A stretch of DNA of 62,870 nt, filler included, from Jimgerdemannia flammicorona (lineage: Eukaryota), in the NCBI GenBank assembly GCA_003990765.1. It is 2 parts of 2 records of this genome, joined end to end, with 100 filler letters (N's around TTAATTAATTAA, not from the genome) between each part and the next. Parts side by side here need not be neighbours in the genome. Positions count along the whole stretch, not along the records: positions 31,493 to 62,870 come from RBNJ01000405.1; 1 more part is not named here. One strand, written 5' to 3'. Under the pieces are notes generated by a model. That model was not told the origin of the DNA. It ran no database searches and saw nothing but the letters and a program-made list of their open reading frames with translations. Numbering within the stretch: position 1 is the first letter of the stretch; each line of letters begins with the position of its first letter. The position numbers and the translations under genes are program-made. Positions 51,717 to 62,870 of this stretch are shown piece by piece.

Positions 51717-54412
51717 AGTCTATTAGTTACACTAAATAATGCCAGCACTCTTTTCCTGTGTAATAGCTATTCCTCCACCAGTATTCTGATGTGATACTGA
51801 ATTATTCCAGCACTATTTTTCTATATTACCAAAATTATACCAGCATTCTGATCCTGTACAACTATCAGTGCTGATACTGGAACTTAGCAGTTTTCCATAT
51901 TCTGATATTTTATTTTAGTTATTGGAATTTATATTTAGCTTTATATATTAGCAATCATTGAATTATATTTTGTATAAATACCTCTCTTATTTTCTCTAAA
52001 ATAAAGTCAGTTCTGGTTCACTTATATACAATCCCTTACAAGCAATTTAAAAGATAACAAGATAGTTTAAAGATAAAAAGTTTGAGGACTATAAGATCTT
52101 GGAAAGGCACTCCAATAAGAACTTGCTTATAACAAACTTGAGTTAGTCTAAGAGATATATCTTAAAGAGAATCTGATATATTTGAAGGACTCAGCAACTA
52201 CTACATGACAACTTGGTACTCATTGGCTAGTGATTCAAGATGAATCCCTCACTTTTAAGCTGAAAAACAAACAACTACCACAACAACTACTCTAACTACA
52301 AGAGTTACCCCTGCAAGAATTCAAGATAAGATAGAAATATACCCCCCTATATTTTATGGATATACTACTAAAGAGTTAATCCTGACCTTCATTGAAGACT
52401 TTGAACAATTTACTATCATACAAGCCCTCAATGTAGATATACAATTAGCCCTTCTACCAGTCAGCCTCAGAGGCCTGCCAGAGACAAGTTCAATATAGCC
52501 ACTATTACTGATACTGGTGTAGCCAAACTTGCCAACATGAAGGCCTTCCTCAGAACAACATACTATACTAAAGAGATTAAGCAATCTCTCAAGGATCAAC
52601 TCAACACTATCTGCCAGAGACTCAGTAAAGATCTCAATTCATTCTATAACTAAATCTGCCACCAGATTGTCTTGGCTGACTATGATGACCATCTTAAGGA
52701 ACAAATAGCAGATTCAACCTTTCTCAAAGGAGTTCACCCTAAAATTGACCTAGCAATCTGGTCCACCCCAGCTGCATCAGAAAGTGGTCTTTACACAGAG
52801 ATATTGGACTGCCAGACACCCTGCTAAATACTCAATAGAGAAAATAACTGACATCAAGATGAAGCCATTAAAGCCAACTAGTATCATACCTGCTATAGTT
52901 GTAAACAGACAACCATCCCCACCTACCCCCAAGGTATCCAAAGCTGACCCAGTGGAGAAACTCACCAAGCAGTTTACCGAGATAACTATACACCTTGGTG
53001 ATATTGTTAGAGAAGTCCAAAGTACCAACAAGAGACCAGTACAAAGATTTGCAGTTGCTATAGAAGAATGCAATATTACATGCTTCAGATATAGAGAAGA
53101 AGGCCAATATGTAAAGAGTTATATAACTGAAATAAGATATAAAGCCCAACCAAGCAATGCTAGCAGAACCAGAGAACAAATCAATGCAGTAGTCATTGAG
53201 AAGATTGGTGATACTGATGATGAAGAATACTATGAGGAGCTCAAATTCTACCCTACTACTGAAGGTACTAGAGCCCAGTTCAAGCCCTATGACAAGAAGA
53301 GCAACAGTAAGCCAGTTGAAAGACTGAAGAAAACCCCAGCTATCACTATTCAAAGCAAGACCCAACCTGAGAAGATTGATCAAGATATAGAGTTAGATGA
53401 AGCTGCCCACCAAATTATTGAAGACACTACTCCAGTCTCAGGAGAAAGCAAAAGCAAGAAGGAACAGAAGCTGTGTAAGACCAAGATCCACTAGTATGAT
53501 ATCTACAAGAATCTCAAGAAACAGAAGATCAATGCTACTTTTGGACAACTAGCTGAAGTCTCTGCCTTCAGACAGCAGTTAAGAGTAGAACTTGCAACTA
53601 CTGCCAAGAATCAAGAGTACAAGATTGTAGAAGCTCACAATATACAGAAAGAATCCAAGAACTTAGGTGAAGAATTCAAAGACCAGCACAAGACATCAGC
53701 CTATACTCCATTTCAGATCAAAGATTGTATCTTTGATACCATCATTGATACTGGTACTGGAGGATGCCTTATGAGCAAGAAGGCAATTGACTGCCTAGGC
53801 TGGGATATTGAAGAGTCCACTAAGATGGTCTATGTTATAGCAGATAGTATATGAGCTATCCTTCTTGGCAAAATCTGAGAAGTCCCCATTAAGATAGGGG
53901 GAGCTACCATCTCAGTAAATATGATTGTTACAAGTACTGCCAACTATGACATCCTCATTGGCAATCAATGGCTTCACAAGGCCAATACCATTATTGACCT
54001 CAATGCTCAGAAGATATAGATCAACTATAGAGGAAGAAAGGTATGAGTCTCTATCAATGTCTACAAAGGAGTTCTATCAGACATGGAGGAAGAAGATGAA
54101 GAGGACACAGAAGTCCTCATATACTTGGTGAATAAGAATAAGAACAAGACACCTAAGCTCACAGATGAGCAGTGGTACAACAAGATCATCAATGGATATG
54201 CCCCTCAAGGAAGATGCCCCCATAGTACTAGGATGTACTGCTCTGAATACCTGAATGACTGCTAGTCCTGTATCAGTGAAGTCAGGAAAATCTGCAAACA
54301 GAAACATGAGCAAGAAGCTGCTGAAGCAAAAAGGAAAGCTGAAGAAGATGACCAGCCCCCAGAGCTACAAGTTGACAGTGATGATGAGGAGGAACAAGAA
54401 CCAGACATTACC

Positions 54413-54815
54413 CTCAAAGTCAAGAAGTTTTACTCTGAAGCCAAGATCCCAGAATACAAGACTATAGGAATGGACCTTGCCAGCATTCAAGATACTACTC
54501 TCAAACCACAGACCACTACCCTACTTAGCACTGAAATTGGAGTCAAGCTGCCAGAGAACTATGCCAGAATTATCAAGACCAGGTGCAGTCTGGCCAAAAG
54601 TGAAATCTCAGTTGAAGGAGGAGTAATTGACTCTGATTACACTGGCAAGATCTTCCTCATAGTCAGGAATCACAACCCCACCACCCCATTCGAAGTTAAG
54701 AAGCATGACAGGATTGGCCAGATGCTGATCTATGAAATCAAGAAGCCTAAGATCACTGAAGCCATCAAACTCATCAAGACCAAGAGAGGAGAACAAAGCT
54801 TTGGATCTAGTGGAA
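54413..54815 (+). pseudogene. dut: dUTPase domain within pol, between protease and RT
   Basis: GMDL, RCSLAK, GVIDSDYTG, DRIGQM, RGEQSFGSSG: all five dUTPase motifs. Confidence 0.93.
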
Positions 54816-55635
54816 GAGAAGTCTACACCACCACTAAGATTACTGAACTGGAACACAAGAAAGATAAGGACCAGAATAAGCACACATATACCATTGGAGA
54901 AAACTTTCTCCTGAAAGAACAACTTCTCAAGATCCTGCATTAGAATGAAGAAGTACTTGCTACAGACTTCAGGGATATCTACAATCAAGAACTCAAATAC
55001 TATCATGAAGTTGACACTGGTAATACTAAGCCCATCTACCAGAAAGCCAGACCCATACCACCTATCTATAGAGAATGGCTGCAAGCAGAACTCAAGGAAA
55101 TGGAAGAAGCCAGAATCATCAAGCAAGCTATCAGTCTCTGGGCTTCACCTATTATCCTTGCCCCAAAGAAAGGAAGCAAGCCTGGAGAGTTTGCACTAAG
55201 ACTCTGTATTGACTACAGAAAGCTCAATACAATTACCAAAAAGGATAGGCAGCCCTTGCCAAATATTCAAGAAATCCTTATCACTCTTGGAAGCAAAGTC
55301 AAATACTATACCACCTTGGATCTGTTCTCAAGCTTCCATCAGATTGGTCTCACTCAAGATGCCAGTGAGAAATCAGTCTTCATCACACCTGATGCCATTT
55401 ATATCTACCTGTAAATGTCATTTGGAATATATAATGCTCTAGCAAGTTTTCAGCAAATGATAAACAGAGTCTTCAGCACACCACATGGGAACATATTAAC
55501 TATATACAGTTAGCCCTCAAGAAGCTCAAGGAGTATGGCCTCTACATCAAGCCCAAGAAGTATAAGTTTGCAGCTCAGGAAATTGTCTACTTAGGACACC
55601 TCATCAACCAGACCAGAATCCATACAGACCCTATG

Positions 55636-57698
55636 TATAAGTGCACAACCTCCAAGCCACCAAAATCACATGTCACCCTCTGAACAAGTCACTGAAATCA
55701 CACATGACCTCCAAACAAATCTGGAAATCACCTGCTTGATCACAAAGCTGAGTCAAACCGAAGTAACAGCACATAAAGCTGAGTCAATACGAAGTCACGA
55801 AACACAAGATTTACACAAACAGAATCTTACCAATCAGGATCAAATGTATATATACTAAGCCCCAAGACATGTCAAAACAGAGAACCAAAACAAACAAACT
55901 ACAACTTCTGAATATATACAAATATGACCACTGAGATCTATAACTGCATCTGCACTGACATTTGGAATACCATTGTCAACCAAGCTACATCCCCTCTACC
56001 CCTCATGAATATTCATAGCCTAGCACCCCTCTACTTCGTGGAAGCCTGATAGAATGCTCTGAATATGCTTAGTGAGGCCCACCGAATCAGGCAAATCTCA
56101 AGCTACTACCAGATCAGCTATCTCCTATAAGATATGGTCAAACACTACCACAATACAGACATTACCCAGATGTCTCAACACCAGAAGCTCATCACCTGCA
56201 AACATTGAGAACTCTTCTATAAGTATAGTACTGTTATTCCCCACCTCTGAGTTACTACCACTGAAATGGTTGCTACTCTGTCCTATGGCCAAATTGATGA
56301 TATGATATAGGAACTCAACCACAAGTACCTCGAGTACATTGAAACTACAGACAGAACCTTCCCACACCTCAATGATTATATCCTGCAAATGCCCCAAGTC
56401 AGATATGCCATGAAGGACATCTACAATATAATCCACTTTGACAAAGACAAAGCAGAAGACAATGATCCCCTGATGCCAACATGACCTCTAGTCAAGAATC
56501 TCTGCCAACCCTGATCACACCACCAACCTTGCCGATGAACTTACAACAGTTCATAATCACATATAAGACTTATTGGGACAATGACTACTGGTATGAATAC
56601 CAACTCACGTTCACCTCCAATTACTTCAACTACAATGAAGAGACTGAAGAACACAACCTGTACCTTCAGACAATCCTTGAGATCGAACCAACAACTCCAC
56701 TACCTGAGTATGAGCGACATAAACCACAACCACCAGCTTACTACAACCCTGTGACTCACAGTGCTGTAACCTACAGAAAGTATGCAGATAGCAAATCTGA
56801 TGAAAGTGAAGATGATACACCCCTCCTTTGCCCACCAATACCTTACCCAGCATATGAGACTAACAATGCTATCTTGTGGGATGGAGACGAAGTTCCAATA
56901 TATTACTACCTCAGCCAACAAGGAGAAGTAATCCGCGAACCACTCTTTCTGGATGACTACTTCATCAGAGATGATATCATCAATAGTGATATCATCGAAG
57001 ACTACCCAGACAGCATCTAAAGCTATAAATAGCCTAGCAGTCATAGTATAGTTAGATTAGCCTTATACAATGTGACTGTGAACTGACTCAGCAGTCAGAC
57101 GATCTCTTGACATGTCAGATTACACTTGCACTACATGACTGTATTCTGACTCAGCAAAGTACTAAGTGCTATATCTATATCTAGCATAGTCCAGATAGCC
57201 CCTCACTAGTATAAATACCCCCTCCCCCAGACCTCAGAATCTCAGATCTGAACAATCTGAATACAACTCCTGAGCACTTCTCTACAATATCCCTTCATAC
57301 AACTACCCCTAGTATAGCAATATCATAAATAGTAAATAAACCTATTTAATAATCCACAAACCACTCTTAAGTAAATTTGCTTCTCATTAGGTCCCACTTC
57401 TAACTCTGTCACGAAATTTCCTAATTGGGTATTGTCTGCAGTGATATGCCAATTCAACTAAGCTAGCCTTAGTTTCTTAAACTTCCTGAAATACAGAAAA
57501 TCCTGAACATTCAGAACTAGTCCAAAAAAGGACTTTGGTTGAGACATCAACCCAATCTTGAAATCAATAAGCATAGAGGACATACTCCATATGAAATTGA
57601 TCTTGACCATAAGAAAATGGTCTTCCAGAATATCCAGAACCTCCAGAAAACCCTTCCAGAACTATGTAATGGTTACCCTAAAAAGCAACCCTCTTATA
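55636..57698 (+). mobile_element. Solo LTR of family B (2063 bp)
   Basis: 5-bp TSD CTATG (55631-55635, 57699-57703); removal restores pol HTDP-MKIEAI; termini TA...TA are decayed TG...CA (the copy ending at 17081 ends CA); TATA 57210, AATAAA 57335. Confidence 0.92.
55924..57020 (+). pseudogene. ~365-aa ORF of unknown function inside the family-B LTR
   Basis: MTTEIYN... frame with TGA/TAG/TAA stops, a 1-bp deletion near 56470 (absent in the 37633-38798 copy), then open ORF 56481-57020. Confidence 0.78.
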
Positions 57699-60600
57699 CT
57701 ATGAAGATTGAGGCTATTGCAACCTACCCAAGACCCAGAACAACTACAGAAGTTCATGCCTTCCTTAGACTGACTTCTTACTATAGAAGATTCATCAAAG
57801 AATACTCTAACATTACAGCACCTATCTATAAGCTACTGAAGAAGGAGAACAAATTCGAATGGACCAAGAAACCTTCAATAAACTCAAGACCAGATTGACC
57901 CAAGCACCTATTCTCAGAAGATCAGATTGGAATCTAGAGTTCATCCTGCAGACAGATGCAAGTGCTATAAGACTTGAGTCCTAGCTCAGAAGAAAGATGG
58001 ATATGAATATGTCATCTCCTATATAAGCTGAGATATCTATAGAGCAGAACTGAACTACAAGTCATATAAGCTTGAATACTTAGCAGTAGTTTGGGCAGTA
58101 GATAAGTTCTACTACTACTTAACTAGGAAATACTTCACCATTCAAACAGACTATTCTGCTCTTACCTGACTGTTCCACACTCTGAACTCTAAAGAAATAT
58201 ACCAGATGGATCTACAGGCTGCAAGAGTATGATTGTACTGTCAAGCACTACTTAGAGAAAACCAATACCAATGCTGATACACTCTCAAGGATACTCTGAA
58301 ATACTCCATCAAGACTATTCAATATAAATAATATACTATGGATTAATTAGCTATCTTGGGCAGTGGAAGATGCCCAACTACCTCAAACTCTGGACAATCA
58401 CCATCATCAACTAGACTTGGAAACAGTTTGAACTAAATAATACCATTCTCAGAAAAAGAAGAAAGCTAGTAATACCCAAACACAAGAAGTATCAAGTAAT
58501 ATGAGCAAGGACATCTAGGTGGAACCAATATATATGATAAGGTAAAAAGAACCATATAGTGGCCCAAGATGGAAGAAGACCTGCACCAATTTGTCAAAGG
58601 GTGTGATAAGTACCAAAAACAGAAACAAGATCAGCAAGATCAGACACCTGAGTCATCAAGAATTGAACCTATCCCCTTTCACCACATTGCAATGGATATC
58701 ATTGGGCCACTACCAGTAATACTATCAGGAAACTGCTATATTATAGTTATTGTAGATCTCTTTATCAAATGGATAGAAGTAGGAGTATTACAAGAAGTCA
58801 ATGCCCTCTCTATAGCCAACTTCCTGCATCAAGAAATCATTTGCTACTACAAGACACCAAGACAAATTACTACAGACTATGGCACAGAATTTATCAATGG
58901 ATTCCATGAGATAATATATCAGAAATATAAGATTCAGTACATCAAGATCACCACATACCACCCTTAAGGAAATAGACAGATAGAGAGAACCAACAAGACC
59001 CTCAAGAACATCCTAGCAAAGATCTCAGACACATACAAGAATTGGGATAACTACCTCCCAACTGTCCTCTCTGTCCTACAAGATATACAGTCACAGAGTA
59101 TACACTTTATCTCAAGAGAACTGCTCTTCAGAGAAGAAGATTCTGATAGAACCTCAGCTATAAATCTGGACCTAACTTAGAGATAGGTTGATACAGAAAT
59201 CCAGAGGCTATACCAAATCAGGAAGAAGGCTGAAGATTATATCATCAAGTCACAAGTACTGATAAGAAAGAATGTGAAAAAGAATCACAAGACCCTAGAA
59301 CCCATCCAAATTGGAGAAAAGGTCCTACTATATTGAAATATAGTAGAAGCCTCATAGTTATGAAAACTGAAGCCCAAATGAGAAGGACTCTTCTATGTAC
59401 AAGATATCAAGAGAACTACCTTCTGGCTTAGAAAAATCTTAGGGACCATACTGCCTACCATAGTATACAGAAACAGACTCAAGAAGTACCATGAACCTAT
59501 ACAAGAGAAGTAAAATGTGATGACCACCCATGAGGTTCTAGTCCATGAATCATAACAATATGTTCCATGACTAGCAGGCTATCTGTCTGGACCATTTTCT
59601 AAGAGATACAGCACTAGTAACTACTCATCTGTGAGACTTTCAAAACTAGAGGAGTTCAAACTGCCAACTGATTGGTCAAGATCAGAATCAGGCCCTTGCT
59701 TTATATGAAGGGAGTGACCCTTCACCATTACACTAAAATACAAAGAGAAGATACCAGTCCATAAACACTACTTTTTGACCCCTTGCCAGAGATTATGGGA
59801 TCAGCAAATTTTTCAAGACTAGATTAATGAATAAGGATATTTAAGAAGATCCTTATTCAGAAGAGAGATGTAGTGATAACTCTAGAATAGTGATATCAGC
59901 ACAGGAGATAGCCTTTTCTTGCAAGTCATTAGATCAGAGCATAAGAAGATCATATGTATGATATATAAGATGAGTAATGATGACTAACTGTGAGTCATTG
60001 TGACCATAGTATAGGTATCTTGAGGAATATAAAAGAAGGATCAAGGAACCACAGTAGCAGTAACCAATAAGATCCACTAATCCCAAAATAGCTCAAAGAC
60101 TTATCATAAACAAAATATCTATTGTTTACCAAATCTTAAGGTCAAGGAACTACCAAGGCACCTCAGTTGAAGAAAAGATGTTCCAAGACATCAGAAGAGC
60201 CATGAGGATCTGCTCAAGAAGGACTCCTAGTGTCAACCTGGATACTGGTGACTCTTATCAGTATATCCTCTACTGCTGTGAAATAGAAACAAGGATCACC
60301 ATTGCTACTGAATACCTTCAAATATAGTAGGAGTATGAAATAGGAAACCTCCTCTGCTGAGAGTTCCCACAGGCCAGCCCTCAAGAGTTATAAGATGCCA
60401 CTCCTATATATATATAAGAAGTAAGAACAGCTAAGAAGATTCATCAGATCTTCAGGTATGTACCATAATCAATCCCCAACTTGGAGTATATTAGAGTCTC
60501 AGATTTCAGAGATCTGTCAGCCTACTATATTAATACACTAGAAGTCAGAGTGGCTACAGAAGCCCAGTCCACTATCACCCTCAATAATTATGAAGTAGAA

Positions 60601-61899
60601 GACTTCTGGCATCCCATCCTCCAGAACAACCTAGACCAATTCCTGCAAGGATTAATCTCAATATTCCAAGGCCCAAGCATCTAGGTTAGATCTTCCCAAG
60701 ACCCTACATTTGTCCCCTATTTCATAGAAGAGAATCTTATAGACTGGAGAGCTCCAGACCTCCTTATTCCCACCACTACTGAATGTGATAATATTATCAG
60801 TAATGACATCATCCTGTATGACATATGCAAGATGTGTGATCTACATAATGAGACTGAAATTTTTGTAGATCTCATCTCTTTTGAGGATAGTGATGATAAT
60901 GAAGTTCCTATAGTCCTGAACATTCTGCTCTAAAGCCCCTTAGTTATACTGAATAATGCTGGCACTCTTTTCCTGTATAACAGCTATTCCTCTACCAGCA
61001 TTCTGATGTAACACTGAATTATTCCAGCACTATTTTCCTATATCACTAAAATTATACCAGTATCCTGACTCTATATAACCATCAGTACTGACACTGAAAC
61101 TTAGCAGTTTTCCATATTCTGGCATTTTATTTTAGTTATTGGAATTTATATTTAGCTTTATATCTTAGCAACCATTGAATTATATTTTGTATAAATACCC
61201 CTCTTATTTTCTCTGAAATAAAGTCAGTTCTGGTTTACTTACACAATTTCTTATAAGCAATTTAAGAGATAACAAGACAGTTTAAAGATAAGAAGTTTGA
61301 GGACTATAAGACCTTAGGAAGGTACTCTAATAAGAACTTACTTATAACAAACTTGAGTTAGTCTAAGAGATATACCTTGAAGAGAATCTGATATATTTGA
61401 AGGACTCAGTGACTACTATGTAATATTTAAAAAAAAAACTGAAAAATAAAACAAATTAAATATAATATAATCAGCTTATCTCTGATAATTCTAAGGCTCA
61501 TTTAACTATCAAATATATTGAAATCTATCAAGTTTTAATGTCCAAAATAAGTTCTTTTAGATTGTAGACTCCAAAAGCTTTATATTGTATAGTAAATCTC
61601 AATATTGTAGTAATGACTAGATCTTGATAATAATTAATCAGAGCTTTGAAATTATTTCTCCAGAACTATCTTCACTCACATCATCATTAGCTTTTAAATA
61701 GACTAAAAAGTCCTGAACAGCCAAATTAATGATATGAGCCAGATAGTATATATATTATATTAACTAATAATTGAGATTAGTATGTATAATCAAACTCTGT
61801 CTTGATTGTTTGAAAAAACATAGTGTTGTTGGATGCATTGTCTATTGTTATAGCTAATATCTAAAGTAAAAAATCAATAATTCAAATATAAGATAATCT

Positions 61900-62105
61900 A
61901 TTTTTTAAAAACTCAACCTTTTTTGAAAATCTGATCTTTTTCAAAACTTGACTATTTTTAAAAACCCAATCTTTTTTTGAAAACCTGACCTTTTTTAAAA
62001 ACCTAACTATTTTTGAAAACCTGAACATTTTTAAAAATCTGATCTTTTTTGAATACTTGATCTTTTTTGAAAATCTAATCTTTTTAAAATATAATCTTTT
62101 TAAAA
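61900..62105. repeat. ~20-bp tandem repeat (AAAAACCTGAC/TTTTTT) within hAT2, probably intronic
   Basis: Direct reading, about ten units. Confidence 0.85.
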
Positions 62106-62302
62106 GACTTATTCTTTATATATCTTTATCTATATACAAAAATCTTGAATATAGTTCACAAAAATACCAGTAAGATTTTTATCTGAATAAAATCCTGACA
62201 ACTTGACAAAATTAATTAATATATAATTTAGTTACCAATTTTGATAAATATAGTATGCATTAATTCTAAGAAATGCATATATATTGAGTAATGTCTATAT
62301 AT

Positions 62303-62870
62303 TGTAATGGTGACCCCAGAATGATGACATCAGCACAGGAGATAGCCTTTCTTTACAAGCCACCAGATCAGAATACAAGAAGATCATATGGCATGCGAGA
62401 TGAGCAATGATGACCAACTGTAAGTCATTGTGACCACAGTACAAGCATCCTGAAGAATATAAAAGAAGGATCAAGGAACCGCAGTAGCAGCAGCCAACAA
62501 GAACCCCAATCCCAAAATAGCTCAAAGACTTACCACAAACAAAATGCCTGCTGCCCGCCAAACCTCAAGGTCAAGGAATCATCAAGGTATCTTGGTTGAG
62601 GAAAGGATGTTTCAAGACATCAGAAGAGCCATGAGGACCCGCTCAAGAAGGACTCCTAGTGTCAACCTGGGTACTGCAGACCCTTATCACTTTATCCTCT
62701 ACCGCCATAAAATGGAAACAAGGATCACCATTGCCACCGAATGCCTCCAAATGTGGCAGGAATACGAAATAGGAAACCTCCTCTGCCGGGAGTTCCCACA
62801 GGCCAGCCCTCAAGAGCTACAAGATGCCACCCCCATAGACCTACGTGAGGCAAGGACAGCAAAGAAGATC
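62303..62870 (+). mobile_element. Youngest family-A LTR copy, truncated by the window end
   Basis: Starts TGTAATGGTGACCCCAG like 50647 and 59869; retains CpGs. Confidence 0.92.
62544..62870 (+). CDS. LTR-A ORF, uninterrupted for 109 codons to the window edge (MPAARQTSRSRNHQG...)
   Basis: Manual translation shows no stop; TATAAAAG at 62458-62465 upstream. Confidence 0.75.
   Translation, partial: MPAARQTSRSRNHQGILVEERMFQDIRRAMRTRSRRTPSVNLGTADPYHFILYRHKMETRITIATECLQMWQEYEIGNLLCREFPQASPQELQDATPIDLREARTAKKI

Larger units (their letters stand above)
52240..59513 (+). pseudogene. gag-pol of family A, interrupted by a solo LTR-B; the RT YxDD segment is deleted
   Basis: gag PPIFYG...FIEDFE; decayed zinc knuckle ~53080-53125; protease IIDTG ~53745; RT RLCIDYRKLN; RNase H ILQTDAS; integrase MDIIGPLP...TDYGTEF...TTYHP. 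Confidence 0.93.
50647..61425 (+). mobile_element. Full-length Ty3/Gypsy LTR retrotransposon, family A (degenerate)
   Basis: LTRs 50647-52210 and 59869-61425; 5-bp TSD TTTAA (50642-50646, 61426-61430); putative PBS TGGTACTCATTGGC at ~52214; purine tract 59860-59868; gag-PR-dUT-RT-RH-INT. Confidence 0.95.
47328..62302 (-). mobile_element. hAT relic (hAT2), split by the family-A LTR element (parts 47328-50646 and 61426-62302)
   Basis: TAGTGCTC terminus at 47328 with AT-rich subterminal repeats; hATC motif AHNYLTIP..ST.IERVFS at ~49580-49740; AITIDNASNN and LAHIINLAVQDF at ~61705-61860. Confidence 0.8.

Noticed and set aside
57539..57898. 119-aa ORF spanning the LTR-B end
   Set aside because: Chance in-frame fusion of LTR U5 with the resumed pol; TTG start
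1..62870. tRNA, rRNA or telomeric repeats
   Set aside because: None recognised

Overview
Eukaryotic, probably fungal (intron-rich genes, fungal-type TEs), repeat-dense region. Nearly all of it is nested transposon relics carrying heavy C>T/G>A, mostly CpG-type, decay. Contents: two full-length L1/Tx1-like LINEs; three copies of a ~1.2 kb poly(A)-tailed non-autonomous element; one complete 10.8 kb Ty3/Gypsy element (family A, 1.56 kb LTRs, TTTAA TSD, dUTPase between PR and RT) plus relatives; a second LTR family (B/B', ~2.06 kb LTR); an apparently endonuclease-less Penelope-like element with pseudo-LTRs and an inverted arm; two hAT relics and a hAT MITE; and one CpG-rich, intron-containing gene for a PD-(D/E)XK (REase-fold) protein. 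A 100-nt N/TTAATTAATTAA linker at 31393-31492 joins two contigs. Best leads: (1) both LTR families carry a long ORF inside U3 and the two proteins align with each other, suggesting an LTR-borne accessory protein family spread by solo LTRs; (2) the REase gene sits in a segment that looks inserted into an LTR between ATATG repeats, with a conserved 34-bp terminus, a candidate unusual DNA transposon; (3) the EN-less PLE has no TSD and microhomology at both ends; (4) dUTPase occurs at two different pol positions; (5) one hAT may carry a Tet-like dioxygenase. All alignments and translations were done by eye; no database searches were run.
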